Below, piece by piece: positions 24,991 through 38,831 of a stretch of DNA of 64,000 nt (position 1 is its first letter; every line of letters begins with the position of its first letter). Below the pieces are notes generated by a model that made no database searches, was not told where the DNA came from, and saw nothing but the letters and a program-made list of their open reading frames with translations. Source of the stretch: Octopus bimaculoides (taxonomy: Eukaryota); NCBI RefSeq assembly GCF_001194135.2, contig NC_069005.1, positions 31,594,571 through 31,658,570 on the forward strand, given 5' to 3'. The translations under genes and the position numbers were made by a program.

Positions 24991-26993
24991 TCTCCTCATT
25001 CTTCAATCTTTTTCTCCCTTTCTCTCCTCTATCCCACTCCTCTCTCTTCTTTTCCCTCCCTTCTCTCAATTCCCCTTTTCCACCTCTTCTCCCTTGTTCC
25101 CCTTCTCTATATCTGTCCCCTTCCAGTCTCCCTCCTCCCACTTCCCCTCCCCCTTCTTTACATCTTGACCACAGATGTCACCAGCAGTCAGCATTATACA
25201 TATTTACAGTTGATAAGTTGACAAATTAACTAAGATTGAGATTTTAACCACTCACTGTGTTGAGCTGTCCTTAAAAACCAGATTTTTATCAGCGTTTGTC
25301 TCTTCTTATTTGAACTCAGGCCATAAAAAGGTGGTAAGTAAACACAGGAGAGCATTCAAGTGATTCTGCTGTCCATCACACTATTAGTAGTAGCAGCAGC
25401 AGTAGTAATAGTAATTTTAAACAACATGCTGCGTGGTAGATCAAGCTATCCGGTGCCAGCATGAAGATAATGGTCATGAAAACTATTCAGATTGGTTGAT
25501 GGAAACTGAAAGAAGCCCATCATATATATAGATATGTGTGTGTTTGTCCTCCCCACCATCGCTTGACAACCGGTTTTGGTGTGTTTACGTCTCCATAACT
25601 TATTGGTTCAGCAAAAGAGACCAATAGAATAAGTACTAGGCTTACAATAATAAGTCCTGGGGTTGGTTTGTTTGACCAAAGGCGGTGCTCCAGCATGGCC
25701 ACAGTCAAATGACTGAAACACATAAAATAGAATGTAAGACTTTAGCTGAAGTTACTCTCGGTGTCGTGCAATGGAATTGAACCTGGAATCCCATGGATGT
25801 AAAGCAAACTTTTTAACCACGTGGCTATGTTTGTACCTGGCTTTCACTTTGCTAAACTCCAGCATCTTCCTAGAGAGACCAATGGGAATTGGCCCTTTTT
25901 TGCCACCAGCATAGGGGTGGATGGTGGGGACGGAAATAGGTGTGAGGTGTTTATTTAGCCTGGCAAATCTTCCTGTCCCATTCTTACAGTTTCNNNNNNN
26001 NNNNNNNNNNNNNNNNNNNNNNNNNNNNNNNNNNNNNNNNNNNNNNNNNNNNNNNNNNNNNNNNNNNNNNNNNNNNNNNNNNNNNNNNNNNNNNNNNNNN
26101 NNNNNNNNNNNNNNNNNNNNNNNNNNNNNNNNNNNNNNNNNNNNNNNNNNNNNNNNNNNNNNNNNNNNNNNNNNNNNNNNNNNNNNNNNNNNNNNNNNNN
26201 NNNNNNNNNNNNNNNNNNNNNNNNNNNNNNNNNNNNNNNNNNNNNNNNNNNNNNNNNNNNNNNNNNNNNNNNNNNNNNNNNNNNNNNNNNNNNNNNNNNN
26301 NNNNNNNNNNNNNNNNNNNNNNNNNNNNNNNNNNNNNNNNNNNNNNNNNNNNNNNNNNNNNNNNNNNNNNNNNNNNNNNNNNNNNNNNNNNNNNNNNNNN
26401 NNNNNNNNNNNNNNNNNNNNNNNNNNNNNNNNNNNNNNNNNNNNNNNNNNNNNNNNNNNNNNNNNNNNNNNNNNNNNNNNNNNNNNNNNNNNNNNNNNNN
26501 NNNNNNNNNNNNNNNNNNNNNNNNNNNNNNNNNNNNNNNNNNNNNNNNNNNNNNNNNNNNNNNNNNNNNNNNNNNNNNNNNNNNNNNNNNNNNNNNNNNN
26601 NNNNNNNNNNAAAAAAAAACTGAAAATAACATGATCACCTTTCTCCCCTCCTTGAAAAATAGAAGCTCCCATTTACTATATTGTACCAAATAATGCAGCT
26701 GATCTGCATTATTGAACACACACACACATACACTTGAATACACACATGCACACGCACAAACATGTTCACATATCTACATGTATTTACACATGCACATACA
26801 CACATACCCATGTATGCACCTGCACGTGTACACACACACACACACATTCTTCAGTAGCTGTCCCCAAGCAACTCCTAAGGCTGCATGTAGCCCTCAAGCA
26901 TCCTCCAGGCGGTCCCCTGACAGTTTTCCCTCTATAAATATAATAAATTTTCTTTGACTGGTGTTTTACCTTTTCTTAGTGTTTAATATATAT

Positions 26994-27058
<65 letters not shown>

Positions 27059-28139
27059 AGTATTAAACAAAATACAGAAAGCATGCATGGTATTCTTTTA
27101 AAACAGAAAAGCAATTTGACAAATTTACTGCCAGAATTACATAATTGTTTGCTGAAACCTTATACAATCTCCCTAAATTACTGCTCCAGTGTTTAATTTC
27201 ATATATTTTTATGTAGGCGCAGGAGTGGCTGTGTGGTAAGTAGCTTGCTTACCAACCACATGGTTCCGGGTTCAGTCCCGCTGCATGGCACCTTGGACAA
27301 GTGTCTTCTACTATAGCCTCGAGCCGTCAATGGTTTATACATAAGGAGGGTGTGATAGATGTCTGTCTGTGTGTCCATCCATCTGTTTATTCTTCTGTCT
27401 GAATATCCCTTGCATCACACCCTACCATCTTACAAAAAAAAAAAAAAGAGCAGGGTGTACATTGGATAATGTAGTCCTAGATACACTAAGCCTGAATAAA
27501 AGATGCAATGTCCTCAGTTGAAACACCTTTGATCTTAAGTCTTCTCCATTAAGGCTGGTTTGGTGCGAAATAGCAGCAACAACAATAAATATGGAAGTCT
27601 GTATGCGGTCACTTAGTGTACTAGAAACAGCAGCCAAAATTCTCACAAATCACTTCACGCTGTGATATTTCTTTTGAAATGATGACCTTATTTGAATAAT
27701 GTAGTCTTAGCTATATACTATTTCTGAAAATGGGATGTTCTTTGATTGTAGCTCTCTGTTGGATCAGGGTTAAAACGACCACAAAACCTAGCAATTTTGC
27801 AATAATGCAATAATGCAATAATGCAACAGCCTGCAAAGAAAAAAAAAGTTCTTTTGAATTCTCTCAACTCTAAAAATACTGTAAATGTATATATGTTCGA
27901 TTGTCACAGCTTGTCCATGCCAAAGTTGTGGCAAGCTCAATTTACTCTGTTAGATTAGAAGCTAGATGAGATATTATCACCATTCTCGTTTTAATGTCAA
28001 CTTTATTTCCCCCATGGGCAGATACATTTTCAAAGAATATTGGAAATGAATGACACTGCTTGTATGACAGTGATACTCATTTACTACTATCACACAGTGT
28101 CAGTACAAGGAGATACACACACACACACACACTATATAT

Positions 28140-28474
28140 ATACTGGCACGAGGGCCAGTCAGGCTGTCCTGGCATTGGCCACGCTTGAATGGTGCTTTTT
28201 ACGTGCCACTGACTGGATCCTGTGCCGGTGGCACATTAAAAAGTGCCATAAGTGTGGTTGATGCCAGTGCCACCTGACTGGCCCTCGTGCCAGTTGCACG
28301 TAAAAAGCACCCACTACACTCTTGGAGTGGTGGGCATTAGAAAGGGCATCCAGCTGTAGAAACCTTGCCAGATCAGATTGGAGCCTGGTGCAGCCTTCTG
28401 GCTTGCCAGTCCTCAGTCAAACTGTCCAACCCATGCCAGCATGGAAAGTGGACATTAAACAACGATGATGATGA
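28140..28474 (-). mobile_element. Dispersed repeat family D ((ATC)n-associated, CCATGCTAGCATGGGTTGGAC...CAGCTGGATGCCCTTCCT)
   Basis: Related copies at ~33575-33760, 36470-36560, and two back-to-back copies at 55468-55771. Class (SINE or LINE tail) not determined. Confidence 0.65.
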
Positions 28475-29519
28475 TACATATATGTATATAGATTGTTGGA
28501 GTGCCGTAGTAATATATGTATGTATGTGTGTGTGTGTGTGTGTGTATACACACACATACATACATGTACAATGGGCTTCTTTCAGTTTCTGCCTACCACA
28601 TCTCACAAGGCTTTGCACTACATATTCGTAGATAGGACTCTTTTCATTGAGAGTCTAATATATCATGTCCATGTATATAGCTACCCCACCCCTTAAAACA
28701 AAATACAAACTGGAAACAATTCAACCTGCCAAGTCAATGAGAGAGTCTGTATGTGATCGCTTGACCTTCTAAAAATAGCAGTCAAATCTCCATCAGATTA
28801 CTCGATGCTGCAAGGCTGTATTTGGATGGTTATTTCTAGATATATTACGTCTGAACAGTAGACAGAATGGTCGTAGCTGGAATTGTGTTGTTAAATCTGT
28901 CTGATCAGAGCTGACCTAATCAACGAATTTAGTGTGCAGGCTTGATACCTTATCATCTCGCCCAGTTGCAACATTCACACACACCAATTCACACCTTCAC
29001 CTACATCACATACAGGCACAGCAATACATATCTGGACGTGTGTGATATCGTTTATTTTATTACTCGTTCAGCTGTCTCGGATCAGGTGGATTTGATATAT
29101 GTTAATCTTCATATCATTATTCTCCATTATTGCATCCAGAGCGGAAAAAAATCAATACATTCAGGGCTAATTAAAGCGTTCGTTATTGATGAAAGCAATG
29201 TTGTATAATAAGTAAATAGAGTGCTGCTGAGCTCTGTAGAATATAAAGTTACTGGTTTCAAGCCATCTCTACACTACTAATTCGTGAATTCCATGGGGTG
29301 GTCAAATCATTATAGTAACTTGCATTTCACCATTTACACTGGAATCATGATTAGTCTCACTTCAGATCATGAATAGTCAAGCACCTTACTATCATTTTAT
29401 ATATGTATGTGTCATCATTTAACGTCCGTTGTCCATGCTGGCATGGGTTGGACAGTTTCACACTTTCACTGTATGCTACGTGGTGCTGAAATCTACTTCT
29501 CAGCCACACAGCCATCCCT

Positions 29520-29553
<34 letters not shown>

Positions 29554-30094
29554 TTATATATAGACACCCATTTACATGTACGTGTGTGTATACAAGTGTG
29601 CACATGACACAATCTCCTGTCGATGTATTCAGCATATCTAATTGGATTCATTGAATACTCAGCAAATACCTTCTGTTCAGAATATATAATTTCTTTTATA
29701 TTGATTTAGAGCAGAACATCTATTTTTTTTTTTTTTTTTACCTTTTAACTTCAGTTAGTGGGTCGATGGTGGTCTGATCAAATACCGTAAGACCTCACTT
29801 CTCTAACATAGTTAGTCGAAAAGCCTCAAACTACACAGTGGTGTTTGTTAAAAAGCAAGAAGGGAGGTAACTCCAATAAGCTCGGTTGATTGAAATGTTT
29901 GTACACTATACACCAGTGGTTCCAAATCAATTTTCACCAACAGACCTTTTTGGTTCCTACCTTGTTTGTGTTGACTCTCAGACCCAATCAATGTTTAAAA
30001 AATCCAATTATATTTTAATAATTAAATTTTATTAGGAATTGTGCTGAAAGAAATTGTTGAAACATTTTGTAGAAGTATAACTAGTGTGTGTGAT

Positions 30095-30488
30095 TTTGTT
30101 GTTGTTGGTACTCCGTCGCTTACGATGTCGAGGGTTCCAGTTGATCCGATCAACGAAACAGCCTGCTCATGAAATTAACGTGCAAGTGGCTGAGCACTCC
30201 ACAGACATGTGTACCCTTAACGTAATTCTCGGGGATATTCAGCGTGACACAGTGTGACAAGGCTGACCCTTTGAATTACAGGCACAACAGAAACAGGAAG
30301 AAAGAGTGAGAGAAAGTTGTGGTGAAAGAGTACAGCAGGGTTCACCACCATCCCCTGCTGGAGCCTTGTGGAGGTTTAGGTGTTTTCGCTCAGTAAACAC
30401 TCACAACGCCCGGTCTGGGAATCGAAACCGCTATCCTATGACCACGAGTCCGCTGCCCTAACCACTGGGCCATTGTGCCTCCACATGA
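30095..30488 (-). mobile_element. tRNA-derived SINE family A, full length with TSD
   Basis: Colinear with 7663-8051, with a (TTG)n tail. Direct repeat GTGTGAT at 30088-30094 and 30489-30495. Partial family members at ~20783-20945 and ~42880-43015. Confidence 0.85.
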
Positions 30489-31644
30489 GTGTGATATGAA
30501 CACATGAACTTGATTACAAACCCAGAACTAAGGCTGTGAACAGTCAGCATAATGGTTGCCGAGGAGAGAGAGAGAGAGAGAGAGACAGAGGCAATAGTCT
30601 TGCTACGGATCACAAAACAAATAGCCTGATTGTTATTCTATTACTTGGCAAGGGGGACATCAATAAATTGACAATTGAACAGGCTGGAAAGGTTTGAGAC
30701 GGGAGCAACAGTTTTTTTTTTTTTACGACCCAGCCAAGCAGGCTCTGCACGTACAATCAATATTGATAACGAGCAGGATAATAAAAGGCCAGGGGTGGTA
30801 GGGGCTTGAGTACTGATTATAATTAATGAAGACACGTGTGAATCGGCTCATCAACCTGGCAACGAGGTTTTTATCTGTTCAACTGTTTCCATTCCATCAC
30901 CAATATGGTGGAAAGACAGCAATAATCCCTGGAGGTGGGGGTGGGTATATTCTGCCTATTAAATACGGATAAAGGAAAGGCTCTCACCCATGTAATACAG
31001 AGATCATCTGCTATCTTGTTCCAGTTATTGGACTCTGGGCATGCTGGAACACTCCATTGAAAGATTTACTCAAACAAATCAAGCTCAGTAGACTTTTTTT
31101 ACTTTTTTTTTTTGAAAGTCTGGTACTTATTCTATTGGTTTTTTTTGCTGAACTGCTAAGTTACAGTGATGTAAACAAACCAACACTGGATGTCATAGTG
31201 TGTGTGTGTGTGTGTGTGTGTGAAGGCTCATGGCCTAGTGGTTTGGGTGTTATACTCATGATCATAAGGTTGTAGTTTTGATTCCCAAACCGTTGCATTC
31301 TTGAGCAAAAACATTTCATTTCATGTAACTCCAGTCCACTCAGCTGTAAATGGATAACCTTGCAATGGACTGACCTTCCGGTCAGTGGGGGATGTTGGCC
31401 TGCTTGCTTAGCCAGCAGGGTGGCAATTGGAAAGCGAAACGCATTGTCACCTGCAATGTATAACAAGATCCGATAGTCTGGTCAATACCATGATATACAT
31501 ATATATACATATATATATATATATAAGTTTATGTATATATTAATATTATCTCAGTTTTAAAAAACCTTTGACAACCTTAGCCATGTAACATCTTAGCTCG
31601 TAAGTTACCTCATCATTTCGCATTTGTCTTGCTTTTATATGTTG

Positions 31645-31733
31645 ATTCCCTGAAGATGAATATATGTGGAATTCCAGCAGCTCTTACTTCTTTGAAGGAG
31701 AGCTCACATATATTTTGAAACATGTGTAGGAAT
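31645..31733 (+). ncRNA. Minimal type-I hammerhead-ribozyme-like motif inside a ~250-bp (TA)n-flanked element
   Basis: ATTCC-CTGAAGA-[stem II, AATATATGTG/CACATATATT plus AGCTCT/AGAGCT and CTTC/GAAG]-GAAA-C-ATGT-GTA-GGAAT. Confidence 0.6.
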
Positions 31734-32089
31734 TAAAGGAACTTTTATTTATATGCGTTTTGCTCCATTTATTGTTATACATATATATAAAATGAGCTTC
31801 CACAAAGTTCCTGTCTACCAAATTCTCTCATAAGGTATTGGTTGGCCTGAAGTTACTTGCATATAGTGCCACACAGTGGGACTGACCCTAAAACCATGCA
31901 GTTTCAAAGCAAGCTTCTTAACCACACAGCCACACCTGTCCCTATGTGAATTTCTTAAAATATTCAATTTAATGTTGACTTTCTGAGTTTTGTTTGTTTG
32001 ATTTTTTTTTTCTCTTTTTATTTTTTTTTCTCTTTATTTTTTTTTCCATTTAACTAAATTCTGTTTCTGTTTTTTTTTTAATTTTCCAG

Positions 32090-32124
32090 GTCATTGTTAT
32101 AGTTCACTTTATTTTGACAGTATG
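32090..32124 (+). CDS. AGTRAP: AGTRAP-like exon 2: VIVIVHFILTV(W)
   Basis: Acceptor TTTTCCAG|G, donor ATG|GTGAGT, 35 nt. Matches human VILLGHWLLTTW. Confidence 0.9.
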
Positions 32125-34073
32125 GTGAGTAACAACTTTTAACTATCACTAAGATAAGATTTTCGATTTAACTTTCGCTCAAGGACACCACAAATTTGAG
32201 AACGAAAGGGAAATAGCATTATTTATCTATTTATTTATTTTTGTCATATTGACCTGGTAGAAGACTACTACACCAGGCTGAAACAGACACTAGCAATATG
32301 AGAATGTCTGTCATGGCAACTACCACAGGGAAGTTTGTTCTAATAAAGCATCCATGCTTAAGTGGTTAACTTAATGCTGCCTCTGTTGCTAATGTATATT
32401 TTTTTAACTAGCCTATGGAGGGAACATATCTGAGGACTGTAACTGCCACCCACTGACGACCCTCCCAGGAATAGAGCGGGGGACGGGAGAAAATAGAGAG
32501 GGAGCTGATGTCCGTATTATATTAATGTTTGTTTTATTGACTCTGGTTGACCTCTCAGCTCTTTGAAGACACAGTGGTATGGGGGGGGGGTCTGACTGAG
32601 GAGGGTGGAGGTGGTGGTGTCATTAGGGAGAGAGAAAGAAAGAAAAAGGGTGTCTAGAGAGGATTGAGCAACTATATTGACAAGGATAATTGTGTGTGTG
32701 TGAGAGAGAGAGAAACAGAGGTGTTTGGGTGTACAAATGAGGGAAAAAGAATTTGGAACATGAAACTTTGCATCACCACTTGACAACTGACGGTGTGTTT
32801 ACATCCCCATAACTTAGTGGTTCAGCAAAACAGACTGATAGAATAAATACTAGGCTTTCAAAAAGTCCTGGAGCCAATTTGTTTAACTAAAAACCTTTCA
32901 AGGCAGTGCTCCAGAATGGCCACAGTCAAATGACTGAAACAAGTAAGAGAATAAAAAAATGTGTGTGTGTGTGTGTGTGTACATAGATAGATAGCTGTGG
33001 ATGTAGATGTTATACCCACAGACATATACACATGTATGCATGAATTGTGTATTGAAATTAAACTAATCCGGTTGAGTAATTTTTAACAAGCTTCGCTCAT
33101 CTTTTGTTCCATTAACTGATCTTAAAATTTCTTTCAATCCAACTCCTTGGTTGACCTGTTTAAACAAACCAGGTATTGTATAGGCCTAACATCAGCTTCG
33201 ATAGAGCAAATCTTTGGAAATTAGCTGTCCATTGTGATGGTAGGATGAACTTTGAAAGAGATTTAGCTGCTAATTCTAGCTGGTCAGACTTCCATTTAGA
33301 GGTTTTGACACTGACAGAAAAATTTTCTAAAGAAATACTAATGTCTTGAGTGTTTATCTAGGCCACTCCTACACCCGTGTCTTATTTCTGACAATCAACA
33401 ACAGACTACCAATTGACAAACACTTCCAGCTATATAAACATTGTTGTTGAGCCTGTTGTTAAACTAGTTTAGGGGAAAATAAACTTGCATTGTGTGTTTG
33501 TTTTCATGTGTGGAAGTTAACACGAGTTACTCATCTATTTAGTATCAAGTTTATCATATTTTTGTTGTGTGTCCTCATCATCATCATTGTTTAACGTCTG
33601 TCTTCCATGCATGGGTAGGATGGTTGACAGGAGCGAGCCAGGTAGAAAACTACCTCAGGCAACCGTGTCTGTTTTGTTAGGGTTTTTGCAGCTGGATGCC
33701 CTTCCTAACACTGATCATTTCTGCAGAGAGGACTGAGTGCTTTTTACGTGGCGTCAACACCATTTTATATCTACCTTCCGTGCTACCATGGTTTGACAGA
33801 ATTTGATGCATTGGATGATAGCATTATGTTCTGTGGCCAAACACTTTGAGTGTGCTGGGTTCTCCCCCCCCCCCCCCNNNNNNNNNNNNNNNNNNNNNNN
33901 NNNNNNNNNNNNNNNCCCCCCACTGACAGCCAGTCTTAAACACCTCTGTATTGGTTAGGGGAGAATTATAATAAACAGGAGAGGGATGAGGACTAAGCCC
34001 TGAGGGACCCCTACCTGCATGCAGAATTCATCACTGTCCTTATTGTTAATTCTCATCTTGTTTTGATTTGCAG

Positions 34074-34188
34074 GGCATCGATGCCAACCAGCTTTTTACC
34101 ACTTTCCTATACATACATGAATGCCTTTGTCTTGGCATTTGGAGTTTGGGGAATTGTCAACCAGGAATCTACAGATGCCATTAGTATG
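34074..34188 (+). CDS. AGTRAP: AGTRAP-like exon 3: ASMPTSFLPLSYTYMNAFVLAFGVWGIVNQESTDAISM
   Basis: Acceptor TTTGCAG|G, donor ATG|GTAAGT, 115 nt. Matches human SYAWANFTILALGVWAVAQRDSIDAISM. Confidence 0.93.
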
Positions 34189-34734
34189 GTAAGTTAAGAG
34201 TTAACAGCAGTTTTATGTCTTCATTTTATCTCTTGCACTTAGCTGTTGGTGTTTATGGTAATAGTAGTCTTATATTATAAAAGAGAAGTGGATTTTCATC
34301 TGTCTGTTCGTCACAATATCTGTAAGAGGGAAGGAGAGGAATCAAAATATACATCACAACTTATTTTTAGAAGAAAAGGTGGAGAAAAAGTTGAGAAATA
34401 CAGTGAAAGAGAGAGAGAGAGTGTGTGTTCTGATCAGAAATGCAGGAATTTTAAGTGCAAGTCTGTCACCACAACACAACACACTTCAGAAAAAGGCTAT
34501 ATGTATCTATATAATATACATTTGGGGGGGGGGGGGTATTTGTGTGTGTATTTCTGTCTTTCAACAAGGTAATACAAGCCTGAAAAATAAAATGCCTTTC
34601 ACTTTGAACAATTTATGAAAGTATGTGCATGATTAACAAATATTTTTACCAGAAGTGTAACTACAGGCAACACCCTAGTAATAATAATAGTTGACTTGTT
34701 TCGTTAATAGATATTTATCTTTGTCTATTTTCAG

Positions 34735-34828
34735 TTTTTAATATTGAAAATATTTACTATAATTCAAGACATTGTTTTCTTGGGTATCTATCAACCAAGG
34801 GCCTATGCAGATAATGGAAAATCTTCAG
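34735..34828 (+). CDS. AGTRAP: AGTRAP-like exon 4: FLILKIFTIIQDIVFLGIYQPRAYADNGKSS
   Basis: Acceptor TATTTTCAG|T, 94 nt, GC donor CAG|GCAAGT. Matches human FLGGLLATIFLDIVHISIFYPR. Read-through meets TAA five codons later. Confidence 0.88.
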
Positions 34829-36690
34829 GCAAGTATAATTAATATCTGCGTATTCTGTGCAAGTTAAGAGTGATGAGTGAATATTTTCTGCCTTGTATTG
34901 GCTATAGAAAATAGCCTAATATTAGGGCTTATAAACCCCTGAGAGAAACAAAATGAGCATCATTGCACATACCAATGCCCTTTTTTGTCTTTCTCATCAG
35001 GGGTTTATATTTTCTAACAGATTATTTTCTATAGGTCTATATGCAATGAAAACATATTTATAATCAGCACAGAATTTTGTCAGTGAACAGGTCGCGGTCT
35101 CAAAGCGACGAAAATATTTTGACAAATTAAATTTAAATGTTGAAGTGAATCTAACGGATTTTGTGTGTTATTTTAAATGGCTTATAAACACCTTCCACGC
35201 TGCAATTGTTTTCGTTCCAGCACACGATCTCAGATCAGGTCACTTGCTATGCAAGTGCATCTCCATATTTATAAGGATATCCATAGATTTCAGTTTATTT
35301 CCATTCACAACTGATATCCTGTTTAAAAAAACGTTTTCAGTACTGATAGACCTGTCTGTTCCCCACTGCCTCTCTCCATCCCCCATTTATTTTCTATGTT
35401 ATGCTTTGTACGTGTTCTGCCAGGTTTTTGCTTTATTATTATTATTATTAGTAGTAGTAGTAGTAGTTTTTCTTCTTTCAATTTTATTTCTATTTCTTGC
35501 TGAAGTAGAAACAGTACTGTACTGTATATTCTTTTTATTTTTATAACTTGTATATGTTTATTTTATTATAAATGCAAAACAACACCACGGAGGACTCGAC
35601 AGAAGCTTAAATAATAAACCATGATAGGTGAACCACAATATGACAAGGGATTACTTACTGTATACCAAATCAAGTTAAATTAAATTAAAAAAAAAGAATA
35701 CATTTACATGGAAGGTTATTGTTGTTTAAGTGACAATGCTTCTTCTCAATACATGTGATGTTCCAGTTAAAACAAATCTTTTGCACTTCTTACAGGGATG
35801 GTAAGCCAGAGAGCATTCTCAAACCGTTTTCAGTTTCTGTTTTGGTCATTCCTTGCTTAATCAAGGTTGATCTAGGATTCAGATCAATCACTGATCCAAT
35901 TGGCCATTCTGTGGTCACTTGAATAGAAAATCTAGTTGGAGGTCAAATAAAGAATTTGAATAGTTGGAAACCTTGCCACAGCAGTAACTGCAATCGGTCT
36001 ATGGGGCAAGGTAGATAACTCTGCCCAGAAGAAACCAGCTCCATTTTTGGCGTACAGGTGAAGTGGTGAGCACTAGGAAGAGATGATGGTGATGAATATT
36101 CTGTTCTTTAAAATGTCTACAAAGTAATTTTCTCTGAGACAAAAGCAACAGCATCATACCTTTCAGTGGTGTATATATGTTAAGTGTGATCCACAAGTAG
36201 CTATTTTAAAATTTAAAATTCAAGAAAAAAAAAAAAACAGATGTTGCTGTTTAACCCTAGGTCATCCCTGGTCAACTAGGCCCATGATGAAAGGTGTTCT
36301 AACTATGGGCTTTTCTTTCAAACTCATCCTTTTATTTATTTATTTTTTTTAAATGATGGCAACATGATAAAAGGGAGATTTGCTTGCTATTTCTAGCAAT
36401 TCATACAACTGTGTAGCAGCTCTCTTGTTGGCTCAAAGAGAAAGTGTTTGTGTCATTAGATCATTCATCATCATTTCCAGGCTTGCACAAGTTGGACAGA
36501 ATTTGTTGAGGCAGGTTTTTTTCTACGGCCGGATGCCCTTCCTGTTGCCAACCCTCACCTGTTTCCAAGTCAGGTAATATTTTCCTATGACCGGAATATC
36601 ACAGAATATTGCAAATGGAGGCCACTGCTTGCATTCACATAACAGTGACACTTGTTTACAACTTAACATGCAATGCCAAAGCAAGGAGAC

Positions 36691-36738
<48 letters not shown>

Positions 36739-36921
36739 GTACAGGGCTATACAAAATGAAACTTGCTCGAGGTGTCACACAGTGGAATTGAACCTGAAAC
36801 CATGGGGCCCAGAAGCAAACCACACAGCCATTCCTGTGCCTGTTTGATTCAAATGTGTTCTTTAATTACGCTTTCTATCTTAACCACCAAACTTCAGCAC
36901 TTTTTAATCCTTTTTGCATGC

Positions 36922-36955
<34 letters not shown>

Positions 36956-38800
36956 CATAATCTCTGCTTTCTTCTGCTTTTAATTCTCAAATGCACGCTG
37001 CACCTTGCATGTCTTAAACCCTGCTTTGTCTGTATTTTCAGAAATGAGCTGTGTTCATGAATACAGATTCTCTCTTGCGTATCCTTTTCCCCATTTAGTT
37101 TTACCTGAGTTTCTTTTTGTTTGTTTGTTTGTTTGGTTGTTGTTTTCTTGCTTGTTACATTCCTTTCTTTTTTCTTTTTTTTTTTGCTGCACCATTTTCT
37201 TAACTCTTTCAAGTCTTCAAGCATGTGGTTGTGGTGTGAGGTTTGCCTACGAGCCTGGCTGCAGTAGTTTTTAGTTAATTATTAAGATCTGTTAATTTTG
37301 AAGAATTCTAAGGAGTTAAAAACAAATTGGGGGTGTTTTTTTTTTTGTTTTTTGTTTTTTGGTGGAGTGGAGAGTGACTACAATACAAAACAATATAATA
37401 TCAAAACAGTGAAATCTAAGGAAGTTTGTCATTATACTGTGACCATCGCTGTAACCAACAGTTTGCCAGTTATTCACCCTGTACTTTGAGAGTACACCTT
37501 CACTCACTCTCTCTCTCTCCCCCCACCTGTCTCTGGGGAAACAGACACCTGTTCTTATCCCACTCATAGTTCCACATAGCCTTGGGTCAACTCATACTTT
37601 GTGAATGAAACTTGGAGAATGGAAACTGTACAGAATCCCATCAGATGCACCTGGGTCCTGCAATGTCACACTGATCCTGCCTGAGAATTACATTGATGTA
37701 CATGTGTTTGTGTGTGTGTGGAATACTCAGCCACTTACACGTTAATTCAAACAACTAAATCCTCATCACTGAATGACAGGAAACCAACTAAATGTGTGTG
37801 TGTGGGTGGTGTAGGTGGTGTGTGGGTGGGTGTGGAGGTGGTCTATTTGTGTGAATGTGTATGTATGTATATATATATATATGTATGCACACACATTTAC
37901 CCACACAGAAAAAAATGTCTGACCACATGAATCCTGGTTTTACTGTGAGTATATTGTCCTGGAATTTAGCCCACCTCCCACACATGCCCACCTCCCTGCT
38001 ACCATTTTTATAGAGAATAGTGGGGGTTGTCGAATATGTGACTGACTTGTCCTATTTAGTTCAAGTACTGGAAGGAAGTACTTGTCATTTATAATGATGG
38101 TGATGATAATTTTTTTTTTTGTCTATTTTTGGCTCAAGGTCAGCAGTTTTTAGGCAAAGGGTCAAGTTGATTACATCAACCCCAGTATTCAACTGGTACT
38201 TATTTTATCGACTTCCCCCAAAAGGTGGAGTAGCAAAGTCAACCTCTGTCGCATCTGAACTCAAAAGATGATGTGTCGGAAGAAATGTCACGAAGCGTTT
38301 CGTTCTTCCTGGTGACAATTCTGCGAGTTCATCACCTTAATAATAACGGTTTCAAGTTTTGGAACAGGGCAAGCTATTTCAGAAGTTCAGGTACTTGACT
38401 GGTGCTTTATTTTATTGCCCCCCTACCCTCCTCCCTCTCTCTCTCTCTCTCCTTTGATGGAAAGCTTCTTACAATGTGAAAAAGTAAAAGGTGTAATAAT
38501 CTTTATATTTCAAGCACAAAAGCCCACCATCAGAGGTAAATAGTCAAGAAATGTTAGTCTATTTCGTACCTATATGGAACCAACTATCAACATGGCTAGC
38601 ACTGCCTAAACTCTCATTTCTTAGCTGTTTGTCTCTGATGGTGGGCTGTTATGCTTGAAATATATAAAAGTTATGAAACCTTTTCCTTTTTACAATATAA
38701 GAAGCTCTCTGTCTTCACTATTTTGTAATACTAATAATAATAATAATAATAACAGCAACAGCAATAATCATCTCACTAAGATATTATTTTTCTATTTCAG

Positions 38801-38831
38801 ATCTCATTGGTACATACCAGTTTGGTCTTGG
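38801..38831 (+). CDS. AGTRAP: AGTRAP-like exon 5 (31-nt micro-exon): (D)LIGTYQFGL(G)
   Basis: Acceptor TCTATTTCAG|A, donor GG|GTATCCTT (U12 consensus). It links the phase-1 upstream intron to the phase-2 downstream intron. Matches human DTGRFGVG. Confidence 0.82.

Noticed and set aside
24676-25229. Long ORFs on both strands (181, 158 and 147 aa)
   Set aside because: They arise from the 57-bp (3n) pyrimidine minisatellite, which lacks stop codons.
34833-34838. Canonical GT donor (GTATAA) instead of the GC donor
   Set aside because: It has weak consensus and its phase 2 would put exon 5 out of frame.
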